NCBI GenBank assembly: GCA_031364845.1
Contig: JANLWX010000230.1
Coordinates: forward strand, 1-20,223
Length of the DNA stretch: 20,223 bases
Direction of reading: 5' to 3'
DNA from: Candidatus Eiseniibacteriota bacterium
Lineage (GTDB): Bacteria; Eisenbacteria; RBG-16-71-46
This document shows, one piece after another, positions 7,963 to 16,607 of this stretch (the first letter of the stretch is position 1; each line of letters begins with the position of its first letter). Position numbers and translations under genes: made by a program. Below the pieces are notes generated by a model that saw only the letters and a program-made list of their open reading frames with translations, did no database searches and was not told where the DNA came from.

Positions 7963-10251
7963 TCAGAGCCGGACGAAGCGCCGGGTCGCGGTGCCGCGCG
8001 CGGTCATGAGCCGCGCGAAGTAGACCGCGGCCGGCACCGGCGAGCCGGCGGCCGTGCGACCATCCCAGCTCACCGCCCCGGACGCGCTTCCGGATAGCGG
8101 CGCCGACCAGACGCGCCTGCCGTCGACCGAGTACACCTCGATCGCGCGCCCCGCGTCGCCGGGCGCGATGCGGAACGCGATCCGCTGCGGTCCGCGCGTG
8201 GGCGTGGGATCGATCGAAGACACGCGGCTCGGCGCGAGATCGATCGCCAGCGGCTCGACATCCACCGCAGGTGGACCGAACGACCACAGGAATGTCGCGG
8301 TAGACTTGGAGCAGAAGCCGAGGCCGCTGCACTGATAGTCGGCGTAGATCACCACTCGATGCCCGCGCCGATCGAACACCGCGTTGTACGGTGCGTGGAG
8401 ACTAACTCCCGCCGGGCCCAGAGCGCTCCATTCCAGCGTGCCGAGATCGAGAGCGCTGTAGGTCGCCCCGTATTGGCCGGGCTCGATCGAGAGCGCTCGA
8501 TGACGGGCACCATCGTATAAGCGAATCGGCCGCCCCCGGATCGCCGATGGCCCCGGGGTCCACGTGGGCGTGTCTCCGAGCGACAGGATCCACAACTGCC
8601 CGTTGAAAACCGATCCCGCTGCGACCACCATGCGGTGTGCGCTCTCGTCGTAGATGCCCGTTGCGCCGCCCGCAGGAGGAGGAGGGCCCGCCGTGGTCAG
8701 CTGGGTCCAGGCCAAAGGACCGGACAGATCGAGCGCCCATGTATCGTTCAAGGGGTTTGAACCACCTCCGCCGAAAATGATCATCCGGTCTTCGAGAGTG
8801 TCCAGAACGGCGGCGTGGTGCATGCGCGCGGGAGGCTGCGCCCCTGCCGGTGCGAGTTGGATCCAGTACGGACCGCCGGGCGATCCTCCCTTTCTGCGGG
8901 GTCGCGACGTCAGTTCCAGGGCCCACGTCTCTCCTTCCGGGCCCCCGGCCGATCCTTGCCCGAACAGAATCACGCGATTGCCGATCGGGTCGTAGATCGC
9001 GCTCCACGTCGTGAGCCCGGGTGCAGATCCCGAGGGCGCCAGGGGTTCCCATGCGAAGTTGTCGAGGGAGAGTGCCCAGCACTGCCCATTGAGCTGCATG
9101 ATCATCCGATGGCGTCGCGAGTCGAGCACCGTCCACTCGGCTGGGCTGAGCGCCGGAAGCGGTGGCTGGATGTATTGCTCAACGCTCCACAGCTCGCTCG
9201 AAAACGAATAGCTCCACGTGTCGTTGAGATACGTGGGTTGTCCGCCAAATTCACCGATGCCGCCGAAAATCCACATGGCATCTCCGGCAGGATTCGGGAA
9301 CGCCACTTCGAGCGAACGCGGCGGGACCGATCCGGTCGCCGGCAGGCTCTGCCACTGTGGGGGCCCAACGAAGTTCAACGCCCACACGGCGGTGCTGGAT
9401 TCGTAGATCACCAGGCGGTCGCGCAGAGAGTCGTAGATTCCTGAGCTGGCTGCGGGGGGAGTGCCGGTCGCGAGGATGGGACTCCAGGTGAGCGTCGACA
9501 ACGACAGCTCCCACGTGTCATTCAAGTCCGAAGCGGGCCACATGGGCGCGCCGCCGAAGAACACGGCACGGTCGCGAACGGGGTCGTGGATCGCGACGCA
9601 AGAAACTCGGGCCGCAGGCGGAGTGCCCGCCACCGCGAGCTCCGTCCACTCGGGCGAGCCGCTCAAGGACAATGCAAAGACGTCGTTGCGCAGGGCGGTG
9701 CCATCGTTCCCGCCGAACACGACCATCCGATCGCGAAGTGGATCGTATATCGCGCTCGAGGCCCCGCGCGGGGACGGCGAATTCCCTCCCGGCGCGAGCG
9801 CACTCCACTGTGGCGTCCCCGCAAGCGAGAGCGTCCATACGTCGTTGAAGATTCCTTCCGTGTTCTGTCCCCCGAACAGGATCAATCGATCGCGCGCCGG
9901 GTCGTAGATCATGGCCGCGTATCCGCGCGGTGCTGGACCCGCACCGGCAACGGGAATCCGAGTCCATGGGCCGCCCGACAACGATTTCATCCAGACCTCG
10001 TTGTTCACGGGTGGCGATCCGCCGAAAAGGAACACGCGCTGGTGGACGGCGTCGTGCGCCGAGCTGAGTGCGAAACGCCCGTTGAGCGCGGGCGCCACCG
10101 TGATCGAGCCGGCATCGGTCGCGGTTCGCTCCGCGCGGGCCGGCGCTGTGTGTTCTGCCGCGGTGGCAGTGCCTGCCCGCGTGACCTCGCTCGATGCGGA
10201 ATCGGCGATCATGAGCGCCAGCGTCGCAATCGTGCGAACGTGAATATTCAC
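7963..10251 (-). CDS. Kelch-repeat beta-propeller protein with FlgD-Ig/T9SS-type-A-like C-terminal domain
   Basis: About ten repeats of P-x-x-R...IYDP-x-RDR-hhh-FGG...ND[VT]W-x-L-x-L...W; C-terminus PTPTRG...IEVYSVDGRRV...WDGRTAAGSPVPAAVYFARL...RRFVRL. The signal peptide is weak and the start is uncertain. Confidence 0.85.
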   Translation of the reverse strand: MNIHVRTIATLALMIADSASSEVTRAGTATAAEHTAPARAERTATDAGSITVAPALNGRFALSSAHDAVHQRVFLFGGSPPVNNEVWMKSLSGGPWTRIPVAGAGPAPRGYAAMIYDPARDRLILFGGQNTEGIFNDVWTLSLAGTPQWSALAPGGNSPSPRGASSAIYDPLRDRMVVFGGNDGTALRNDVFALSLSGSPEWTELAVAGTPPAARVSCVAIHDPVRDRAVFFGGAPMWPASDLNDTWELSLSTLTWSPILATGTPPAASSGIYDSLRDRLVIYESSTAVWALNFVGPPQWQSLPATGSVPPRSLEVAFPNPAGDAMWIFGGIGEFGGQPTYLNDTWSYSFSSELWSVEQYIQPPLPALSPAEWTVLDSRRHRMIMQLNGQCWALSLDNFAWEPLAPSGSAPGLTTWSAIYDPIGNRVILFGQGSAGGPEGETWALELTSRPRRKGGSPGGPYWIQLAPAGAQPPARMHHAAVLDTLEDRMIIFGGGGSNPLNDTWALDLSGPLAWTQLTTAGPPPPAGGATGIYDESAHRMVVAAGSVFNGQLWILSLGDTPTWTPGPSAIRGRPIRLYDGARHRALSIEPGQYGATYSALDLGTLEWSALGPAGVSLHAPYNAVFDRRGHRVVIYADYQCSGLGFCSKSTATFLWSFGPPAVDVEPLAIDLAPSRVSSIDPTPTRGPQRIAFRIAPGDAGRAIEVYSVDGRRVWSAPLSGSASGAVSWDGRTAAGSPVPAAVYFARLMTARGTATRRFVRL

Positions 10252-10349
10252 GAAATGCCCCCGCCTGGATGCCGTGAAGACTCGGCCATTGAGAAGTCGA
10301 GTCTACACCTCCCGGACACCCCTCCATGTCTTTTTTGGGTTCATATCGA

Positions 10350-10382
10350 ACGGCGGCCACCCCGTGCAGGAGTGGCCGCCGT
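10350..10382 (-). terminator. GC-rich stem-loop after the large surface-protein gene
   Basis: acggcggccac (10350-10360) is the perfect reverse complement of gtggccgccgt (10372-10382), about 20 nt after the stop. The U-tract is weak. Confidence 0.55.
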
Positions 10383-10400
10383 GTGTGTTTCAGCTCCGGA

Positions 10401-13400
10401 TCAGTGCGTGAGCATGATCCGCTTGGTTCCGGTCTTGCCGCCGGCGTCGAACCGGACGAAGTACAAGCCGGCCGGCATCCGGCCGCGCGCGCCTTCACCG
10501 TTCCACACCGCCTGATAACGACCCGCGCCCTGCACGCCATTCACGACATCCGCGACGACGCGCCCCTGAAGGTCGACGATGCTCACACGCACCTTCGCCT
10601 CACGTGCGATGGTGTACTCGATCCGCGCGAAGTCGGTGGTCGGATTCGGCGAAACGCGCGCCAGCGCGAACTCCGTCACCCGCTCACCCGCGGTGCCTTC
10701 GGCCGGCGTGAACGTCACCTGCCGTCCGCCTGCCAGCTCTGCCACCAACCGGTACGCGTACGTGCGCCCGGCGACGGCGGTGCGATCCAGCGCGACCGTC
10801 ACGCCGTTCTTGACCGACGCTTCGGCAACGATGCGCGTCCACGGGCCCGAAACCGCCGGACCGCGCTCGACCCACGTCGACGTGACGTCGGTCGCATCCG
10901 CGAACTGCCACCGCAACTCGACGCCGTCCGTCACGGTCGCCGCTTCGAACATCGACAGCAGCACGGCCGTGACTTCGTCCTCGATGATGGTTCCGAGTCC
11001 CTGCCCATCGGCAATGGTGGCTCCGTTCGGATTCGAGAGGTTCACGAAGAACGTCTCGTCACCTTCGAACACCACGTCGCCCTTCACCTTGATCGTGATC
11101 GTCACCAGGCTGTTCTTGGACGGGATCGTGAGAACCGTGGGTCCCACCGCGATGAAGTCGCCCGGGGCGATCGCCGAATTGTTCTGAGTCTGGTAGGTGA
11201 CGGTGATCGGCTGGTCGCTCGCGTTCGAGAGCGTGACGCTGAACGTGAAGTCCTTGAGTCCAGCGTTGCCCTCCGTCAGCGAAACGTCCGAGATCGAGAT
11301 GGCCGGCACGCCGTCGTCGTTCTGGATCGTTCCGACACCTTGATTGTCCGCGATCGTCGCGTTCGTCGGGTTCGACAGATTGATGAAGAACGTCTCGTTC
11401 GATTCCTGCGTCTGATCGCTCGGGACGATCACTTCGATCGTTCCGCTCGAGGTCTTAGCCGGAATGGTCAACGTGCCGCTCACGGGCACGTAGTCGAAGT
11501 TCGCCTCGGTCGCCGAGCCGTCGGCCGACTGGTAATGCACCGTCACGGCCTGATCGGTCGGGTTCGAGAGCGTGACGTCGAAGATGAACGTGACATAGCC
11601 CGGTCCGGCGGTTCCTTCGATCATCGACTCGTCGCTGATCGAGAGACTCGGCGCCCCGTCGTCGTTCTGGATCGTTCCGACACCCGTACCGTCCAGGATC
11701 GAACCGTTCACGGCGTTCGAAAGCACGACCGAGAAAGTTTCGTTCGATTCCAGCGTCAGGTCGCCGTTCACATCCACCGTGATCACACCCGACAGCGTGT
11801 TTGCGGGAATGCTCAGGTTTCCGGATCCGTCGACGTAGTCGTTGTTCGAGACCTTGGCCGTACCGTCGTTGACCTGCCAGTCGACGCTCGTCGCCACGGC
11901 GCTCGCATGCGACAGCGATACCGTGAACGTGAACGTGGTCGTTCCGGCAGCACCTTCCGCCATGCTCACGTCGCCGATCGAGATCTCCGGAAGCGGCGAG
12001 AAGCCGCACGCCAGCGATCCTTCCGCACTGCTGTGGAGGAACGGCGTGAAATCGACTCCGGTCCCGAGCACGGCGTCGCCGGTGCCCGGACCCGCGCCCG
12101 AAGGACCGGTCGCAGCGCCCCACCAGTTGTTCTCGGCGTTCTGCGCCGCTCCGCTGCCGGTGTTGTCGTAGCCGGCGGTCGGGTTGGAGCTGACCGAGTT
12201 CAGGTTGGCGGTGAGTGTGGCGGCCGGACCGTACGTGGCGAGACCGTAGTCCCAGTCGTGAATCTCATTGTGGTTCGCATCGACCGAGAGCGGTCCGCCT
12301 TCGGTGTAGGCGAAGATGCCGACCGTGCCCGCGACGTCGGTGCCGTTGAGACAACTGTTGGTCACGCTCACACTGTACGAGGCCAGCGCGCGCTCACCCT
12401 CGGGAGTTGCGACCGTCCCCACGTCGCTGAACGGTGCCGCCACCGGGCGGCTGCTCGCATTCGACCGGATCGCAGCACTGGCGCTCGAGTTGTAGACGAA
12501 GATCGGACCGTAGTCCGCTCCGCCCACCACTTCGATGCCGTCCATCGAGCCGTTGGTGTCGTACCAGCTGATCGGCGCCTGCACGTTCGTGATCGCGTTC
12601 GGCCCACTCAAGCCGCTCGCGTTCACCGGGGCAGCGGCGAACGTCAGCAGTCCGCTCGCGACGAAGGTGGCCGGCGTGTAGCTCATCTCCGAGATGGCGC
12701 AGTTGGCCACCGTGCCACCAGCTCCGTTGCTGATCTGGATGCCGTTCTGCGCGGTGACGCTGGTGGCACCCTTGCCAACCGTCGTGCAGTCGTGAACGTT
12801 CACCGTCATCCCGGCGCCATTGAGCGCGATGCCGGTCTTCTGGAAGTCAGTGACGCTCACCGAGGCGAGTTCGAGCGAATACGGCCCGCCCGTGGTGTTG
12901 TTCGAGTAGACACCGACACCGTGCTGGGCTCCGCTGAACGGTGAGTCTTCGATCTTCACGACACACACGTTCGAGACTTTGCCGCCGGCGTTGTAGTACG
13001 CGACTCCGATGAACCGGTAGTTCGCGTTGCCCTTTTCGTCGCCGTCGACGGTGAGGTTCTGCAGCCGGCCATCCGAGACGTCGTGGAAATAGACCACCGG
13101 CTTGTTCGGATTCGCTCCCACCAGGAACGACAGGGGCAGCGAGGCCGGGCTCTTGATGATCGTGTTCGCACAGCCATCGCCGGAGATCGTCACGTTCTTC
13201 GTGACCTCGACCTGCTCGACGTAGGTCCCCGCTCCCGCGTGGATCGTGTGGCCGTCGAGCGTGGCGGGATCGTCGTGGGCGGCCTGAATCGTCGTGTAAC
13301 CCCTGCCCGTGTTGGTATTGGTCACGGTGCCGAAGGTGGCGGTGATGTTCTTGTCGTCGTCCATCGTGACATTGAGCGGATTGGTGAAGCCGGTGGCGTC

Positions 13401-15197
13401 ACCGCTCCAGCCCGCGAAGGCCCAGCCCGGATCCGGCGTCGCGGTCAACTGCACGACCGCTCCACCCGCGTACGACGGCTGGTCCGGCGACTTGGACACC
13501 GAGCCGTTGCCGACCGTGTTCGTCGTCAGCGTGTACGGCGTCGCTTCGAGATCGATGTTGTAGACGTCGCCGTTTTTGAGCGTAACCGTGATGGCGTCGA
13601 GGTAGCCCTCGAAGCCGCTCCAGCCGCTGCCGGTCTGGAAGCTGAGCAGGAACACGGTCTGCGCGCCGTAGTCGATCGGCGTCGCGCTCGCGCTGCCCGC
13701 GGTCGGGTTGCCGGGCCACGTGCTCCACGTGATCGGCCCCGCCTGCATGTCGGCGAGCGTCGGCGCGCCGTAGAAGCCCTGGTTACCCGAGTTGTTCGAG
13801 TCGTTGAGCGTCAACGCTTCAGTGCCCGTCGTCGTCCACGCGCTCCACACGTTGTTGACCGGCGCGTAGGGGGTGCCGTTCTTGAGATACGGCTCACCGT
13901 TCACACGCTGTTCGTACCAACCGTGCGCGGTACCCGCGGTGTAGACCGCCATGAAGAACTCGACCGGCGACGGATTCGCGACGTTGTACGTGTGATAGGT
14001 CACCGACTGGATGTCATCGATCTTGAACGAGGCGCCACCCAGATCGGCCGACGGGCTGATATACAACTCCGCCTTGGCCCCCGGATACTTCTTGTACCAC
14101 GAGCCGTAGCCGGTGAACTGCTGATCCGACTTGGGTGTGGTGGACGACGCAATGCCGCGCGCCTTGTCCAGAATGACCGAGAGATTCACATTCGGCACGA
14201 ACGACGCCGAGATCGTGTGGTTCGCCGTGACATTCGTGAAGGTGTAGGTCGTCACGGCACCCACCGAGCCCGCGTCAACCAGAACGTCCGAGACCTTGTA
14301 GCCCGGATCCGGCGTGATCATGTAGATCTGGTTGGCCCCATTGGCAACCGTGGTCGTGCCCGAAGGTGTCACCGTGCCATTGGCGCCCGAACTCGCGACG
14401 ATGTCCCACGAGGGCGGCGTCACCGAGGCCCAGGTCGTGCCGACCCGAATGCCATCGATGCTGCCGGTCGCGGCGTTGGACGCGCTGCCCTGGCGAATCG
14501 CGACTCCTGCGACTCCGTCGGCGGCGATGTCGGCATCTCCGGCCACGGGCGCCGAGGTCAGGGTTGCAACGGGCTCGAGCGAACCCGGAACCGGATTGAT
14601 GAACAGGGCCACCGGGTCGTTGAGCGCCCCGGCGACGAAGGTGTACTTGAGCACGACGAAGTAGGTGGTCCCGGGCACGAAACTGTATCCCGTATAGACG
14701 AGGCTCCCGGCGGTGGAACCAAATTGGAGTCCGAACGCATAGTTGGTCGAGGACGGATCCTTCTTCGCGAACAACCGTACGCGAAACTTGTTTCCCGCGA
14801 TCGGGCCGTCGACCATGTGGAAGAAGTAGTCCCCGGTCGCCTGGGTCGCGCTGAGGTTCACCATGGCGGAAGCGTAGGCGCTGCCGCTGGTGATGCCCGT
14901 GAAGGAGTGATTGTTGTCTTCACCCGACGTGATGAAGTTGATCTTGTTCCCGATTCCCGAGCCGGCGTAACCGGAGTAGCTCAATCCGGGGGAAGTCACG
15001 CTCGGAGGATTGGTGCCCGCGCTGCTATGGGCGGACCAGCCGCCGGTGCCGTTCAGAGGCGCCGCGGCGGCGTACGAGAAATCGTCTGTGAAAACCTGGG
15101 CGGATGCGCTCGCGGCAGCGAGCAGCAGCAGGGACGCGAAAATCGCCCCCGGGAACACGGAATTCATCCGTGTTCGCAACGTGGTCACGAATTGCAT
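10401..15197 (-). CDS. Large exported multidomain surface protein (~1598 aa): beta-sandwich domains, two InlB-B-like repeats, parallel beta-helix, three Calx-beta repeats, FlgD-Ig/T9SS-like CTD
   Basis: ATG 15197 after GAGGAG; signal peptide ending AAASASA/QVF; repeats ITPDPGYKVSDVLVD and LTATPDPGWAFAGWSGD; beta-helix start YTTIQAA...AGTYVEQV and end AENNWWG...VDFTPFL; three Calx-beta units; CTD SPNPT...IVDLQGRVV...WNG...PAGLYFVRF. Confidence 0.9.
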   Translation of the reverse strand: MQFVTTLRTRMNSVFPGAIFASLLLLAAASASAQVFTDDFSYAAAAPLNGTGGWSAHSSAGTNPPSVTSPGLSYSGYAGSGIGNKINFITSGEDNNHSFTGITSGSAYASAMVNLSATQATGDYFFHMVDGPIAGNKFRVRLFAKKDPSSTNYAFGLQFGSTAGSLVYTGYSFVPGTTYFVVLKYTFVAGALNDPVALFINPVPGSLEPVATLTSAPVAGDADIAADGVAGVAIRQGSASNAATGSIDGIRVGTTWASVTPPSWDIVASSGANGTVTPSGTTTVANGANQIYMITPDPGYKVSDVLVDAGSVGAVTTYTFTNVTANHTISASFVPNVNLSVILDKARGIASSTTPKSDQQFTGYGSWYKKYPGAKAELYISPSADLGGASFKIDDIQSVTYHTYNVANPSPVEFFMAVYTAGTAHGWYEQRVNGEPYLKNGTPYAPVNNVWSAWTTTGTEALTLNDSNNSGNQGFYGAPTLADMQAGPITWSTWPGNPTAGSASATPIDYGAQTVFLLSFQTGSGWSGFEGYLDAITVTLKNGDVYNIDLEATPYTLTTNTVGNGSVSKSPDQPSYAGGAVVQLTATPDPGWAFAGWSGDATGFTNPLNVTMDDDKNITATFGTVTNTNTGRGYTTIQAAHDDPATLDGHTIHAGAGTYVEQVEVTKNVTISGDGCANTIIKSPASLPLSFLVGANPNKPVVYFHDVSDGRLQNLTVDGDEKGNANYRFIGVAYYNAGGKVSNVCVVKIEDSPFSGAQHGVGVYSNNTTGGPYSLELASVSVTDFQKTGIALNGAGMTVNVHDCTTVGKGATSVTAQNGIQISNGAGGTVANCAISEMSYTPATFVASGLLTFAAAPVNASGLSGPNAITNVQAPISWYDTNGSMDGIEVVGGADYGPIFVYNSSASAAIRSNASSRPVAAPFSDVGTVATPEGERALASYSVSVTNSCLNGTDVAGTVGIFAYTEGGPLSVDANHNEIHDWDYGLATYGPAATLTANLNSVSSNPTAGYDNTGSGAAQNAENNWWGAATGPSGAGPGTGDAVLGTGVDFTPFLHSSAEGSLACGFSPLPEISIGDVSMAEGAAGTTTFTFTVSLSHASAVATSVDWQVNDGTAKVSNNDYVDGSGNLSIPANTLSGVITVDVNGDLTLESNETFSVVLSNAVNGSILDGTGVGTIQNDDGAPSLSISDESMIEGTAGPGYVTFIFDVTLSNPTDQAVTVHYQSADGSATEANFDYVPVSGTLTIPAKTSSGTIEVIVPSDQTQESNETFFINLSNPTNATIADNQGVGTIQNDDGVPAISISDVSLTEGNAGLKDFTFSVTLSNASDQPITVTYQTQNNSAIAPGDFIAVGPTVLTIPSKNSLVTITIKVKGDVVFEGDETFFVNLSNPNGATIADGQGLGTIIEDEVTAVLLSMFEAATVTDGVELRWQFADATDVTSTWVERGPAVSGPWTRIVAEASVKNGVTVALDRTAVAGRTYAYRLVAELAGGRQVTFTPAEGTAGERVTEFALARVSPNPTTDFARIEYTIAREAKVRVSIVDLQGRVVADVVNGVQGAGRYQAVWNGEGARGRMPAGLYFVRFDAGGKTGTKRIMLTH
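10975..11990 (-). repeat. Three tandem Calx-beta domain repeats (~113-115 aa each)
   Basis: Recurrent ISISD-x-S-x-x-EG, F-x-VTLS, NETF-x-h-x-LSN, G-x-GTIQNDD. A 29-bp DNA segment is identical at 11311-11339 and 11656-11684. Confidence 0.88.
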
Positions 15198-15438
15198 GGC
15201 GGCTCTCCTCAGCAGGAGTGGGAACAACGTATGGCTTGCGGCACACGGTAGCTGACAGTTACAGGCTGCACAGCTCCGGCGCTCGGTGACACGATGACCG
15301 TCGTGGGGGATGTTGCCGGGGTCGTTGGGTGCGAGCGCACCCTCCACTCTATGCCCCTCTGGGCCAGCGTGCGAGGACAATCTCGCCGAATCTCATGAAC
15401 GGGCGGTAACAAACGCCGAATGGGGGTTTTGTCCTCTG

Positions 15439-15484
15439 AAACAAAAGACGCGCGCGGCAGGCCTCGAAGGCTCCACCGCGCGCG
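15439..15484 (-). terminator. Intrinsic terminator downstream of the cyclophilin gene
   Basis: Minus strand reads cgcgcgcggtggagcc-ttcga-ggcctgccgcgcgcg followed by tcttttgttt. Confidence 0.8.
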
Positions 15485-15524
15485 GAATTCCAACCCGATC
15501 CGGCGACCACTCGCCGGGCCGGAC

Positions 15525-16340
15525 CTACTTCACTTCGATCGTGACCTTCTCCATCTTCAGCGGCTCGCTGGTGCGGCCGCTCTGCGAACCCGCCGCCTCG
15601 AGCGTCTTCATCACGTCCATGCCCTCGACGATTTCGCCAAAGATGGTGTGCTTGCCATCGAGCCACGGCGTCGCGGTGAACGTCAGGAAGAACTGGCTGC
15701 CGTCGGTGCCCGGGCCGGCATTCGCCATCGAGAGCTTGCCGCCCTTGTCGTGCTTCGCCTTCGGGCTGAATTCGCCGTCGAACTGGTAGCCGGGACCGCC
15801 GCCACCGGTGCCGAGCGGATCACCGCCCTGCGCCATGAAGTTCGTGATGACGCGGTGGAACGACAGTCCGTCATAGAAGCCGAGCTTGGTGAGGTAGATG
15901 AAGCTCGTCACGTGCATCGGCGCGATCTCGGGCAGGAATTTGATCGTGATGTCGCCCTTGTTGGTCTTCATGTGCGCGAAGTACGTGTGCGCCGGATCGA
16001 ACGTCGCGACCTTGGGCTTCGGCAGCGAAGTGCGCCAGTTGGGGGCGGTCTTGTTGATCTTGGAGGCGGTGATCTGCGCGTCGATCGTCTGCACGGCTTT
16101 GTCCTTGATGGAGGTCGTCTTCTTCCCCGCGGCGGTCGCGGTGGCGGTCACGGCCTTGGCCGGAGTTTCAGTGGGGGCGGCGGCAGCTTCGACGGCAGTC
16201 TCGACCGGCGCGGCCTCGCCCGCCGGGGCGGCCTGCGTGGTGTCGGTCTTGGCGTCGTCGGCGACCGGTGTGGGCGCGTCACTGGCGCACGCGGGCACCG
16301 CGATGGTCAGCGCGAGCAGGGCAAGCGCAATTTTGTTCAT
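15525..16340 (-). CDS. Exported cyclophilin-type peptidyl-prolyl cis-trans isomerase
   Basis: FYDGLSFHRVITNFMAQGGDP, LSMANAGPGTDGSQFFLT, WLDGKHTIFG; signal peptide MNKIALALLALTIAVPACA, then an Ala/Thr/Pro-rich linker; GGAGGA RBS. Confidence 0.95.
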   Translation of the reverse strand: MNKIALALLALTIAVPACASDAPTPVADDAKTDTTQAAPAGEAAPVETAVEAAAAPTETPAKAVTATATAAGKKTTSIKDKAVQTIDAQITASKINKTAPNWRTSLPKPKVATFDPAHTYFAHMKTNKGDITIKFLPEIAPMHVTSFIYLTKLGFYDGLSFHRVITNFMAQGGDPLGTGGGGPGYQFDGEFSPKAKHDKGGKLSMANAGPGTDGSQFFLTFTATPWLDGKHTIFGEIVEGMDVMKTLEAAGSQSGRTSEPLKMEKVTIEVK

Positions 16341-16607
16341 GGATGAATCCTCCGAAATGTTGGCGGTACGACGTGGGAGCGTTGAAAGGCGAGATACGTT
16401 AACCCGTCATCCGGGGCGAGTCGAACGGGATTGCGAAACCCGCTCGAATCTTGGCAGGGACTGAACAGGGATCGCCTGCCGCAGCCGCCCGGGACTCCGT
16501 CCCTCCTTTATCCGGAGCCGGTGAGCGGCTAGATTCCGCCGCCAGCCCCGCCGGTCGCCCGGCTCCATGCGACCTCCCGACACACGGCCCCCGGAAGATC
16601 AACCTCC

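Noticed and set aside
11311..11684. Possible CRISPR or DGR template/variable repeat pair
   Set aside because: The repeats are in frame within Calx-beta domains, show no adenine-specific mismatches, and there is no reverse transcriptase in the window.
10326..15251. Long plus-strand ORFs 10326-12944 (872 aa) and 13083-15251 (722 aa)
   Set aside because: They are antisense shadows of the surface-protein gene: Arg/His-rich, with no motifs, and expected from GC-rich codon bias.
15198..15380. N-terminal extension of the surface protein given in the ORF track
   Set aside because: ATG 15197 has a good RBS and leads into a signal peptide; the extension looks like translated UTR.
16287..16340. Cyclophilin as a lipoprotein (VPAC)
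   Set aside because: Pro at the -2 position fits the lipobox poorly and A-C-A also fits a signal peptidase I site; unresolved without a predictor.
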